Positions 54,101 through 63,450 of a stretch of 64,000 bases of DNA are shown piece after piece. This DNA comes from an uncultured Clostridia bacterium. GTDB taxonomy: Bacteria > Bacillota > Clostridia > Christensenellales > UBA1242. Where the stretch lies: positions 20 through 64,019 of the forward strand of contig CALWKG010000001.1 of assembly GCA_944381205.1 (NCBI GenBank), given 5' to 3'. The translations under genes were made by a program, and so were the position numbers. Positions within the stretch are counted from its first letter, which is position 1. Each line of letters starts with the position of its first letter. Below the pieces are notes generated by a model. The model was given only the letters and a program-made list of their open reading frames with translations, was not told the DNA's origin and did not search any database.

Positions 54101-55048
54101 TTGGATAGAGTTGTTTTAAAAGTAAAAAATTTAACAAAAAAATTTAACGAGAGAGTTGCCGTAAACAACCTCACCCTTGAAATTCACGAGGGTGAGATTT
54201 TTGGCTTTTTGGGACCAAATGGTGCTGGTAAAACAACTGCAATAAGAATGATTACAGGTCTGGCAAAAATGGATAGTGGAGATGTTTTTATATGCGGTAA
54301 ATCAATAAGTAAAGATTACGAAAAAGCCATTGTCAATGTAGGTGGTATAATCGAAAATCCGGAAATGTATAAAAATTTTTCGGGATTAGACAATTTAAAA
54401 TATTATGCTAGTTTGTATGATAATATTTCAAAAGAAAGAATTAAGGATATTGTCGCATTAGTCGGACTTTCGGATAGAATAAAGGATAAAGTTAAAACGT
54501 ATTCGTTAGGTATGAAGCAACGTTTGGGAATAGCCCAAGCATTATTACATTATCCTAAACTTTTAATTTTAGACGAACCTACTAATGGGCTTGACCCAGA
54601 AGGTATAATTGATTTAAGAAGATTTTTAAAAAAAATATCGCAAAAAAACAAAATGGCAATATTAATAAGTAGTCATAATTTAAATGAAATGGAACTTTTA
54701 TGTGATACAATTGGAATTATAAATCACGGGAAATTGGAAGGGATTAAAACTCTTGACCAACTAAAATCTTATAATGAAAATGGACAAATTATTCTTAAAG
54801 TAAACTTCCCTAACTATGCGGGTAAATTAATATCAAAAAAATATAGTACTGATAAAATTTCAATTTACAAAAATACTTTGACAGTAGAATTGGATAAAAA
54901 CGTAATACCAGAACTTACTACCTACCTTATTACAAACGGTATTTCGATATATTCTATTTCAAGCCAATCTAGAACATTAGAAGATGTTTTTCTTGATACA
55001 GTTAATCAACGAGCGCTTCCTGTCCCAAAAGGAGTAAATAATGTTTAA
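54101..55048 (+). CDS. ABC transporter ATP-binding protein (ABC-2/NatA-like, with C-terminal extension)
   Basis: It contains GPNGAGKTT, SLGMKQRLGIAQAL and LILDEPTNGLD. I prefer TTG 54101, 9 nt after GGAG, over the tracked TTG 54086. Confidence 0.88.
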   Translation: MDRVVLKVKNLTKKFNERVAVNNLTLEIHEGEIFGFLGPNGAGKTTAIRMITGLAKMDSGDVFICGKSISKDYEKAIVNVGGIIENPEMYKNFSGLDNLKYYASLYDNISKERIKDIVALVGLSDRIKDKVKTYSLGMKQRLGIAQALLHYPKLLILDEPTNGLDPEGIIDLRRFLKKISQKNKMAILISSHNLNEMELLCDTIGIINHGKLEGIKTLDQLKSYNENGQIILKVNFPNYAGKLISKKYSTDKISIYKNTLTVELDKNVIPELTTYLITNGISIYSISSQSRTLEDVFLDTVNQRALPVPKGVNNV

Positions 55049-56783
55049 AATTTCAAAACTTTTTAAAGGGGAAATTAAAAAAATATTTTTTGGGCCAAGT
55101 ATGATTATTATGGCTGGTATATTTCTTTTGGCTCTTTCATTGTGCCCTGCCCTTTTTTCTCCTACTGATAGAAAAATAACATCACCACAAATTGAATTGA
55201 ACACAACCAATGTAAGTGAAACTTATTCTTCATTTTTATCCAATAAAGATTATATTCAAAACGAACTTACTTCTACTAAAAGTGAAATCAATACATTAAT
55301 TGATTACAATGATAATTTTAAAGGGAATTTAATAGGTCTTAGTGATGATTTGTATTCATTAAGATTAGAATTTGCCAGTGCAACAAATCTTGATAACGAA
55401 ATTGAGTGCTATAAGATACATCAGCAAATGATAGAAAAAGTTAAAGAAATAAAAGTGCTTTATACCTCATATATGAATGACTATTTTATTCCACTCTTAC
55501 TTGTAGATGAGGAATTAGATTTTGATATTATAACAGAATTAGACTTATTAAATAACATTTTAACCGAAAATCCTGATGGTACTAGTTTAGGTTCTATGTT
55601 TTATAATAATATAAACCTAACTCTTACTCAAAATGGAAATGTTTCTAGAATAAAAGATTATTTATCTAAAATAAATTCACTAACATATTCTAGTGAAAAT
55701 TTAGCAGAATATTTAGAAAAATATTCTAATTTAAAAACAGATTATTTCTCATCGATTGAAACAGAAATGCAAAATTTATTAAAAATTTGTGAACAAGACC
55801 CCCAAGAAAGTGCTAGTAAAAATAATATAAATTCTATGAAAAATTTAGCATTAAAATATTTGTATTCTCAAAATTATATTTTAATTTCTATAAAAGACTC
55901 GGCATTATTAGAGATTTCTTCTAATTATAAAGACGGAGAATTATCTAAATATATTGGCTTTGAAAATTTTAACTCTTATGAACTTAAAGAAGAACTTACA
56001 AAAACAAATTATTATTTAGATAATAATATAATAGAAACAAATGTTGCAAATGCGTTTATGTACAACACTAATTCACAAGATAAAACAAATGCTTTTGACT
56101 ATATGTTTTTTTCACTAGAAACAATAAGTATATTTATTGTTGCTTTTACTGTAATTATTGGTGCAGGAATGGTTGCAAAAGAATACTCTGACGGTACAAT
56201 GAAATTACTTGCTATTAGACCATATAGCAGAAGCAAAATTATTTTATCAAAAATATTGGCAACTTTATTTGTATCTTTTATATTTGTTTTAATCGCAGTT
56301 GTTATGTCAACTATAATAGGTATTATTATCTATGGTATATCCTTCCCTTCTATGTTGCTTGTTTTTAATGCAAGTTATGCTTTTACTGTACCTGTTTGGG
56401 TTGCATTTTTAATATATATAGTTTGTCTTATGATAAAAATTTCTGTTTATGCCCTTCTTTCGATAGCGATTTCCACAATTTTTAAATCTTATATTGTTTC
56501 TGTTTGTGTAAGTCTTGGAATATATTTATTAAATATAATACTTACTTTTGTGTCAAGTGGGGCCAGTTGGTTAAAGTTTAATCCATTTGCAAATCTAGAC
56601 CTTTTTAAATACTTTGGTGGTAGTTTTATTGTAAATAATGTTGGAAATAATATTACGAACTTATTTTATTCCCCCGTATTTGCTGACACAAGTATTTGGC
56701 TTACTGTTTCAGTTATAGTTGTATCGTGTATTGTTTTAAACTTAGTTATATTCTCTATCTTCAAAAATCGTGATATAACTTAA
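55041..56783 (+). CDS. ABC-2 type transporter permease with a large extracytoplasmic domain
   Basis: 580 aa with an N-terminal TM, a ~330-aa soluble loop, then five or six TMs. It overlaps the ATPase stop, and its RBS is AAGGAG. Confidence 0.8.
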   Translation: MFKISKLFKGEIKKIFFGPSMIIMAGIFLLALSLCPALFSPTDRKITSPQIELNTTNVSETYSSFLSNKDYIQNELTSTKSEINTLIDYNDNFKGNLIGLSDDLYSLRLEFASATNLDNEIECYKIHQQMIEKVKEIKVLYTSYMNDYFIPLLLVDEELDFDIITELDLLNNILTENPDGTSLGSMFYNNINLTLTQNGNVSRIKDYLSKINSLTYSSENLAEYLEKYSNLKTDYFSSIETEMQNLLKICEQDPQESASKNNINSMKNLALKYLYSQNYILISIKDSALLEISSNYKDGELSKYIGFENFNSYELKEELTKTNYYLDNNIIETNVANAFMYNTNSQDKTNAFDYMFFSLETISIFIVAFTVIIGAGMVAKEYSDGTMKLLAIRPYSRSKIILSKILATLFVSFIFVLIAVVMSTIIGIIIYGISFPSMLLVFNASYAFTVPVWVAFLIYIVCLMIKISVYALLSIAISTIFKSYIVSVCVSLGIYLLNIILTFVSSGASWLKFNPFANLDLFKYFGGSFIVNNVGNNITNLFYSPVFADTSIWLTVSVIVVSCIVLNLVIFSIFKNRDIT

Positions 56784-56856
56784 AAATACTATAAAAAATA
56801 GTAATAGATAAATAGTAAATATTTGTTTAAATTTAATTGAAGTTAATTACATTAAT

Positions 56857-56930
56857 AAAAAAACTTTACAATTATTGGGTGAATATTCAAATTATTTTTT
56901 TGAAATTCATCTTAAATTGTAAAGTTTTTT
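56857..56930. terminator. long bidirectional hairpin between convergent operons
   Basis: AAAAAACTTTACAATT (56857-56872) pairs with AATTGTAAAGTTTTTT (56915-56930). An inner inverted repeat reads GAATaTTCAAA...TTTGAAaTTC. Confidence 0.6.
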
Positions 56931-56979
56931 ATTTTAATAATTAAATATTGTTTAAAGTGTTTTTAAAATTAGTTTAAAA

Positions 56980-58404
56980 TTATATTAAACTTTCAAGTTC
57001 AATACCTTCTTTAAATCCACACGGTGAAGCACAGTTGTATCCCGATGTGCATCTTGCTCCCTGAGTATAAGGTGTTATTTCTTCAATTAGTTTTTCTGTT
57101 AAAGATACTTGTTTTTGACTTGTGGCACGAACCTCTCGCTTAATATATTCACTTGAAGCGATAGTTTTAAATCTATCTTTTGTGTCTTCAAGTGCGCTTT
57201 TATATTTTTTTGCGGTAGATAAAGTACAATCTCGTACCTCTTTTTGTGCCTGAGAACATAACCTTTCTTTTGCCTTTAAAACAAAATTTTCTATATTACC
57301 TCTTTCCACACATTCAACTAAACTGCCCTGTGGGACAGAATCTTTAACTGATAAAAAATCTCTTATAAATTCATTTTTAATTGAATTTTTATCATTAATT
57401 ATTGGAGGAATATAGCATCGCAGTTTATCTTTTATATATGTTTCATTTACAATATTGTAACTTATTGTTCTATGTCTTTGACTTTGAGCAAGGCAAGCAA
57501 AAGACATAGGATATTTTGTTTGATAAACATTTGAAAAATAATCTTCTGCGATATCATCGCCAAAAAGACTGAGTTTTCTATCTTTATTATCTTGCAACTC
57601 AGGAATATATAAGTTTAATTTCTTTATTTGTGATACAAAATCCGCCATATCCATTGTCAAATCCTTATAAAACTGATTGCTAGGATTTGAAATTTCTTGT
57701 TCAAACATATGACATAAATAATTTAGTTGTCTAAAAGACGTTGTATATACCATATTTGTAGGAGTTGAAACTGGAATTAGATATCTCGCATTTTCTTGGC
57801 TTAATTTCTTTATTTTTGTGCCCTTTTCATCAAAAAACATAGGGGCTTTTATATCTGCATATTTTTCTGTAATGATTTTATTAAAGATTTCTATCCACTT
57901 TTCATATAATTCGCTATTTTGAGGTGGGATATCATGCATTATAGTATATCTGGCAGACTTTTCAGAAGTGTTGTATTCCTTTTCATTGTTAATTACCATT
58001 GCTAGTGATTTTGGAATATTTGAGATTTGAAGTGTAAGGTGTGCGTGCCCAAAAGTAGAGTGATGACCATTTACTAACACGGTATTTGCTATTCGTAAAA
58101 TTTGTTCTTTTGTTCTACTATGTAATTTTTCAAAGTTATCCTTCATATAACAAGTAGAACCCATAAGTCCTGCTACAATCATATTAAAATTATCGTCAAA
58201 TTTTGTATAACAATTAATGTCTTTTTGATTTCGCATTGACTTAACTATATCACAAACAATTCTGGCAGTTTTTAAATCAATATTCAAACTATGATTTTTT
58301 TCTTCTAATTTTAAGTTTTCATATATTCGGCTAGTTAATTCATCACTACTTATCTCACCCAAAACTCCATTAAGCACACTTTCCATAACAACTTCAATCT
58401 TCAT
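56980..58404 (-). CDS. double-domain ThyX-like protein (FAD-dependent thymidylate synthase family)
   Basis: 474 aa. Half 1 (residues ~100-235) aligns by eye with Thermotoga ThyX (NGHHSTFGHAHLTLQI...SEKSARY...ARYLIPVSTPTNMVYTTSFRQLNYL), but NEK replaces RHR. Half 2 carries QSQRHRTISYN (RHR at residues 310-312, nt 57469-57477) but reads NETY where SxRY is expected. The C-terminal tail is Cys-rich (CTSGYNCASPC). Confidence 0.7.
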   Translation of the reverse strand: MKIEVVMESVLNGVLGEISSDELTSRIYENLKLEEKNHSLNIDLKTARIVCDIVKSMRNQKDINCYTKFDDNFNMIVAGLMGSTCYMKDNFEKLHSRTKEQILRIANTVLVNGHHSTFGHAHLTLQISNIPKSLAMVINNEKEYNTSEKSARYTIMHDIPPQNSELYEKWIEIFNKIITEKYADIKAPMFFDEKGTKIKKLSQENARYLIPVSTPTNMVYTTSFRQLNYLCHMFEQEISNPSNQFYKDLTMDMADFVSQIKKLNLYIPELQDNKDRKLSLFGDDIAEDYFSNVYQTKYPMSFACLAQSQRHRTISYNIVNETYIKDKLRCYIPPIINDKNSIKNEFIRDFLSVKDSVPQGSLVECVERGNIENFVLKAKERLCSQAQKEVRDCTLSTAKKYKSALEDTKDRFKTIASSEYIKREVRATSQKQVSLTEKLIEEITPYTQGARCTSGYNCASPCGFKEGIELESLI

Positions 58405-58421
58405 TTGTTCCTTCCCCTTTT

Positions 58422-59807
58422 TTAATCTTCGCCATAAATTTTTTCAATTAAATATTTCTTTAAATCGTCAATTTTTATACGTTCTTGTTGCATTGTATCC
58501 CTATCTCTAACAGTAACAGTATTATCGTCTAGTGTATCAAAATCTATTGTTACGCAGTATGGTGTTCCTATTTCATCGTGCCTGCGATATCTTTTACCAA
58601 TACTACCGGATTCATCATAATCACAATTAAATTTCTTTTGAAGCATTTTATATACTTCTTTTGCTTTGTCACTTAAATTTTTTTGCAAAGGCAATACTGC
58701 AACTTTAATTGGAGCCAAACTTGGTAAAATTTTAAGGACAACTCTTGTTTCGTTATCTGGCAATTTTTCTTCTGTATAAGCATTGGCTATTAATGTCAAA
58801 AATAGCCTATCTGCACCAACAGAAAATTCTATAATATAAGGAATATACTTTTCATTGGTTATGGGGTCCATATACATTAAATTCTTTCCAGAATATTCTT
58901 GATGTCTAGATAAGTCATAATTTGTTCTATTATGAATTCCGTTTAACTCTTCCCAACCAAAAGGGAATTGAAACAAAATATCGGTTGCTGATTTGGCATA
59001 AAATGCAAGTTTATCGTGATCTTTAAACTTTAATTTTTCTGCTGGAAGTCCAAGCGATTTATAGAAATCCATAACTTTGTGTTTGTATTCTTCAAAATGT
59101 TTTTCATCTTCCCCTTCTTTACAGAAAAGTTGGTATTCCATTTGCTCAAATTCTATTGTTCTAAAAATAAAATTTCCAGGAGTAATTTCATTTCTGAAAG
59201 ATTTTCCTATTTGCCCTATGCCAAATGGAAGTTTTGCACGCATTGTTCTTTGAACATTTAAAAAGTTTACATATTCGCCTTGACAAGTTTCAGGCCTTAG
59301 ATAAATAACATCACTATTGTCTTCGGTTACTCCCCTTTTAGTCTGAAACATTAAGTTAAAGTTTTTAATTTCAGTAAAATCGCACTTACCACAATTTGGG
59401 CATTTAATATCGTGCTCTTTAATATAGTTTGACATTTCTTCTTTGCTCATAAGGTCAACTGCCATTTCTATATTATGTTTTTTGTTGTATTCTTCAATTA
59501 AATTATCTGCCCTGTGTCTAGTTTTGCAATTTTTACAATCCATTTTAGGGTCCGAAAAAGATGCGACGTGCCCGCTTGCCTCCCAAACCCTTGGGTTCAT
59601 AAGAATAGCACAGTCTACGCCATAACTATTATCATTTTTCGTTACAAAATAATCCCACCAAGCACGTTTTATGTTGTTTTTTAATTCTACACCTAACGGA
59701 CCATAATCCCAGGTGTTCGCCAACCCACCATAAATTTCACTGCCCGGGAAAACAAAACCTCTATTTTTGCAGTATGCAACTAATTTTTGCATTGTAATAT
59801 TTTCCAT
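58422..59807 (-). CDS. glyQS: glycine--tRNA ligase (homodimeric GlyQS type)
   Basis: 461 aa containing RGFVFPGSEIYGGLANTWDYGPLG, LRPETCQG and GADRL. The RBS is AGAGG. Confidence 0.95.
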   Translation of the reverse strand: MENITMQKLVAYCKNRGFVFPGSEIYGGLANTWDYGPLGVELKNNIKRAWWDYFVTKNDNSYGVDCAILMNPRVWEASGHVASFSDPKMDCKNCKTRHRADNLIEEYNKKHNIEMAVDLMSKEEMSNYIKEHDIKCPNCGKCDFTEIKNFNLMFQTKRGVTEDNSDVIYLRPETCQGEYVNFLNVQRTMRAKLPFGIGQIGKSFRNEITPGNFIFRTIEFEQMEYQLFCKEGEDEKHFEEYKHKVMDFYKSLGLPAEKLKFKDHDKLAFYAKSATDILFQFPFGWEELNGIHNRTNYDLSRHQEYSGKNLMYMDPITNEKYIPYIIEFSVGADRLFLTLIANAYTEEKLPDNETRVVLKILPSLAPIKVAVLPLQKNLSDKAKEVYKMLQKKFNCDYDESGSIGKRYRRHDEIGTPYCVTIDFDTLDDNTVTVRDRDTMQQERIKIDDLKKYLIEKIYGED

Positions 59808-59821
59808 TTTAAAACCTCTTT

Positions 59822-61024
59822 TTAATTGTTCGCAACTAATTCTTTTGTCTGTCTTGCTATACTCATTTCTTCATCGGTAGGTATAACATAAACCGCCACC
59901 TTAGATGAGTCTTTGGATATTTTATAATTAATCCCTCTAACAAAGTTTCTATTTGCATCTTTATCAAAATCTATACCTAAAAAGTCAAGCCCAGACATAA
60001 TCTGTTCCCTAATATCGTCCCTGTTTTCTCCTGTTCCTGCGCTAAATGCTATTGCATCTACTCCGCCCATAATCGTCGCATAAGCACCTATGTATTTTTT
60101 TACAGAATAAACAAATTTATCTAATGCTAATTTAGCCCTAGCATTTCCTTGATTTGCTTCTTTTATGACATCTCTTATGTCGTTACTTATTCCACTTATG
60201 CCATAAAGTCCACTTTCTTTATTAAATATTTTTAGAATTTCGTGAACGTCCTTTCCTGTTTTATCGACCATATATTCTACAACTGCTGGGTCGATATCTC
60301 CACACCTAGTGCCCATAACTAAGCCTTCTAGTGGGGTAAATCCCATAGATGTGTCTACACACTTACCATTTTGTACTGCGCAAAGGCTAGCCCCGTTACC
60401 CAAATGGCAGGAAATAATTTTTAGTTGTTTAATGTCTTTGTTTAGAACTCTGGCTAATTCGTTGGCAATAAATTCGTGGCTTGTCCCGTGAAAGCCATAT
60501 TTTCTAACCCCATATTTTTCACACCATTCATAAGGTGTTGCGTACATATAAGCATATTCAGGCATTGTAGCATGAAATGCTGTATCAAATACTCCAACAT
60601 TAATTTTACTCTTCATAACTTTTTGACAGGCTTCTATCCCAAGTATGTTTGCAGGCATATGTAAAGGACCTAACGGGATATAAGACTTTAAATCTTTTAT
60701 AACCTCGTCATTTATAACGACTGCTTTATTGTATTTACCGCCACCGTGCAAAATTCTGTGCCCTATGGCTGAAATCTCGTCTAATGATTTTATAACTCCT
60801 ATTTCTTTATCTACCAAAACTTTTAAAACTAAGTCTAATCCTTCTGCGTGGTCATTAAGTCTTTGCTTAATTTCGGTTGCTTTACCGTTAGCCTTATGAG
60901 TTATCTGTGAATCATTTAAACCAATTTTTTCTACCAATCCTTTTGCGATTAGTTCTTCCTTTTCCATATCAATTAGTTGGTATTTAATGGAACTACTACC
61001 TGCATTAATAACTAAAATTTTCAT
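59822..61024 (-). CDS. ackA: acetate kinase
   Basis: 400 aa containing MKILVINAGSSSIKYQL, GHRILHGG and FHGTSH. Confidence 0.95.
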   Translation of the reverse strand: MKILVINAGSSSIKYQLIDMEKEELIAKGLVEKIGLNDSQITHKANGKATEIKQRLNDHAEGLDLVLKVLVDKEIGVIKSLDEISAIGHRILHGGGKYNKAVVINDEVIKDLKSYIPLGPLHMPANILGIEACQKVMKSKINVGVFDTAFHATMPEYAYMYATPYEWCEKYGVRKYGFHGTSHEFIANELARVLNKDIKQLKIISCHLGNGASLCAVQNGKCVDTSMGFTPLEGLVMGTRCGDIDPAVVEYMVDKTGKDVHEILKIFNKESGLYGISGISNDIRDVIKEANQGNARAKLALDKFVYSVKKYIGAYATIMGGVDAIAFSAGTGENRDDIREQIMSGLDFLGIDFDKDANRNFVRGINYKISKDSSKVAVYVIPTDEEMSIARQTKELVANN

Positions 61025-61213
61025 TATAATAATCCTTTTAAATTTTATATTTACAAAAAATAATTTTGCTAAGACAATTATACTAATTCTTTATAATTTT
61101 TTCAAGTTGATTTTAATTGTTTGTATTAATTATTGCTTCTAATTACTTGTAGAATAATTTTTATTTAAAACATTCACCTATAATTTGTTCTTTATATATG
61201 TAAACAGTTATCT

Positions 61214-62209
61214 TTAATAATTTGCTTGAATTGCTGTTATTGCACACATAACAACTATGTCTTTTACATTGCAACCCCTTGACAAATCATTAATTGGCTT
61301 ATTAAAGCCTTGCATTATGACTCCTATTGCCTGTAATTTACCAAATCTTTCTATTAATTTGTAGCCAATATTTCCAGAGTTTAAATCAGGAAAAATCAAA
61401 ACATTTGCGTTGCCTGCAACTTTTGATTTTTTTGCTTTAAGTTTAGCAACACTGGGAATTATTGAGCAATCTAGTTGCATCTCTCCATCAATAAGCAAAT
61501 CCTTATTTTCCTGCCTAACAAGGTTTATTGCTTGTCTAATTTTTACTATATCTGGGTCATTATCTCCACCGCTACCAAAACTAGAAAAAGACAACATTGC
61601 AACCTTAGGCTGTATATCTGAAAACTTTTGAGCGGTGTTAATTGTAGCAAAAACAATATCTTTTAATTGTTCAGCATTAGGATTAATGTTTAAGGCACAA
61701 TCTGCCACAAATATCACGTTATTTTGTCCGATATTTAATTTTTTTGTACCAACTATCATAAAACACGAAGAAGCGGTTTTTAAACCTTCTCTCGTTTTAA
61801 TTATTTGTAATGCTGGACGTAATACATCTGCGGTGGGGGTTTCCGCTCCACCTAAATAACCATCAGCATACCCCATCTCTACTAACATTGAAGCAAAATA
61901 AAAATTGTTCTTTAATAACTCGGTTGCTTTTAGTTTGTCTACTCCCTTATGTTTTCTAAGTTCAACCAACCTTTCAATAAATTCAGGCATTAGTTCAGAA
62001 TTTTGTGGGTCAATTATAACTGCATTTTTTAGTTTTTTAGATTTTTGTAAAATGTTTTTTGCATTACCGAGCAAAATTACTTTTGCAATTTTCTTTTTTA
62101 AAATTATTTCGACTGCTTGTAAAACTCTATCGCTATTTTCTGCTTCGGGAAATACAATAGTTTTTTGTAACTCTTTTGCTTTTTTTAATAAACTATTAAT
62201 TTTAAACAT
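61214..62209 (-). CDS. pta: phosphate acetyltransferase (short form)
   Basis: The start is set to ATG 62209 (MFKINSLLKKAKE), 7 nt after AGAGG. It contains TIVFPEAENSDRVLQA and GNANVLIFPDLNSGNIGYKL. Confidence 0.92.
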   Translation of the reverse strand: MFKINSLLKKAKELQKTIVFPEAENSDRVLQAVEIILKKKIAKVILLGNAKNILQKSKKLKNAVIIDPQNSELMPEFIERLVELRKHKGVDKLKATELLKNNFYFASMLVEMGYADGYLGGAETPTADVLRPALQIIKTREGLKTASSCFMIVGTKKLNIGQNNVIFVADCALNINPNAEQLKDIVFATINTAQKFSDIQPKVAMLSFSSFGSGGDNDPDIVKIRQAINLVRQENKDLLIDGEMQLDCSIIPSVAKLKAKKSKVAGNANVLIFPDLNSGNIGYKLIERFGKLQAIGVIMQGFNKPINDLSRGCNVKDIVVMCAITAIQANY

Positions 62210-62287
62210 AAAAAAACCTCTTATAAAATATACCACCTAAATTATTTCGTTGTCTAGTATATTTTAATAAGAGATTTTTAGGTAATT

Positions 62288-62316
62288 TAAAAACTAAAAT
62301 CGGATACCATTTTAGT
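62288..62316 (-). terminator. rho-independent terminator after the patatin-like gene
   Basis: On the minus strand: ACTAAAAT-ggtatccg-ATTTTAGT followed by T5. Confidence 0.65.
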
Positions 62317-62380
62317 TGCTGTAAAAAATTTTTTATGAGTATTTATGTACTAATAATGGTTATAACCCACTGTTTTTATC

Positions 62381-63205
62381 CTAATTTGATTTACTTATAT
62401 TTTGTTCTGTGTTTTGCTCACAATCATTAATTGCTTCCAAAATCTTTGGCAACATTTTCTTTGCCATTTTTTCACCATTTTTTATAGATTTTATGGCATC
62501 TTCATAAGAAAATTTTAAAAACGCAACATCAGGTTGGTCGATTTTTATATAAACATCACCCTTATCGTTAGTTGATTTAATCCAATTAGATAGTGTAAGA
62601 TTGCAAGCACTTATTATGATATCAAAGGCACTTTTTAGTTTATTTTCCTTTTTGTAGTGAGAACATACATCAACTGCGATAACAACATTAGCGCCCATTT
62701 TCCTTGCGTCTGCAACGGGTAAGTTATCACAAATTCCCCCGTCAACTAGGCACATTCCGTCCTTTTTTACAGGTTTAAAAACTCCCGGGACAGACATACT
62801 AGCCCTTATGGCATCTACCATATTACCTTTGTTAAAAACAACTTTTTTGCCTTTCTCCAAATCTGCGGAGATACAAAAAAATTTAGGATTACAATCTTCT
62901 ATTTGTTTATTTTCTAAAAGTTTATTTAAAAAACTCGTAACCTTTTTACCAAATAGAAGGCCATCGTCTGTTAAAACAAAAGGGTTAATATCCATAATTT
63001 TTCTTCTAGAAAACCCAACGAGAGTTTCTTCCATTTTTTTAACACTCATTCCCGCAGAGTAACAACCCCCTACAATCGCACCCATAGATGTGCCACCTAC
63101 TATATCCACCTTAATGTTGTTTTTTTCTAAAACTTTTAAAACTCCTATATGAGCAAATCCATAGGCTGAACCACCACTTAAAATCAACGCAATTTTTTTC
63201 TTCAT
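62381..63205 (-). CDS. patatin-like phospholipase
   Basis: The start is set to ATG 63205 (MKKKIALILSGGSAYGFAHIGV). The oxyanion motif GGSAYG, the nucleophile motif GTSMG and the Asp motif VDGGICDN are present. Confidence 0.88.
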   Translation of the reverse strand: MKKKIALILSGGSAYGFAHIGVLKVLEKNNIKVDIVGGTSMGAIVGGCYSAGMSVKKMEETLVGFSRRKIMDINPFVLTDDGLLFGKKVTSFLNKLLENKQIEDCNPKFFCISADLEKGKKVVFNKGNMVDAIRASMSVPGVFKPVKKDGMCLVDGGICDNLPVADARKMGANVVIAVDVCSHYKKENKLKSAFDIIISACNLTLSNWIKSTNDKGDVYIKIDQPDVAFLKFSYEDAIKSIKNGEKMAKKMLPKILEAINDCEQNTEQNISKSN

Positions 63206-63450
63206 TTTTATTATTTCCTTAAATTTATTATACGCATTATAATATAGTTTTTGCAATAAAGAAAGTTAATTTTTACCTTTTTAGTCAAATATTTGAATTT
63301 AATAGTAAATTTATCAACTATTTTTTTTAAAGTATTGTTAAAGAATTTTACAGTAATAAAATTAACTTTGTTTTTAACAAATCTAGTAACTTTTTTTTAT
63401 AAAGCCGGAAAAACAATCATATAATAATAATCTAAAAAATACAATTTAAT

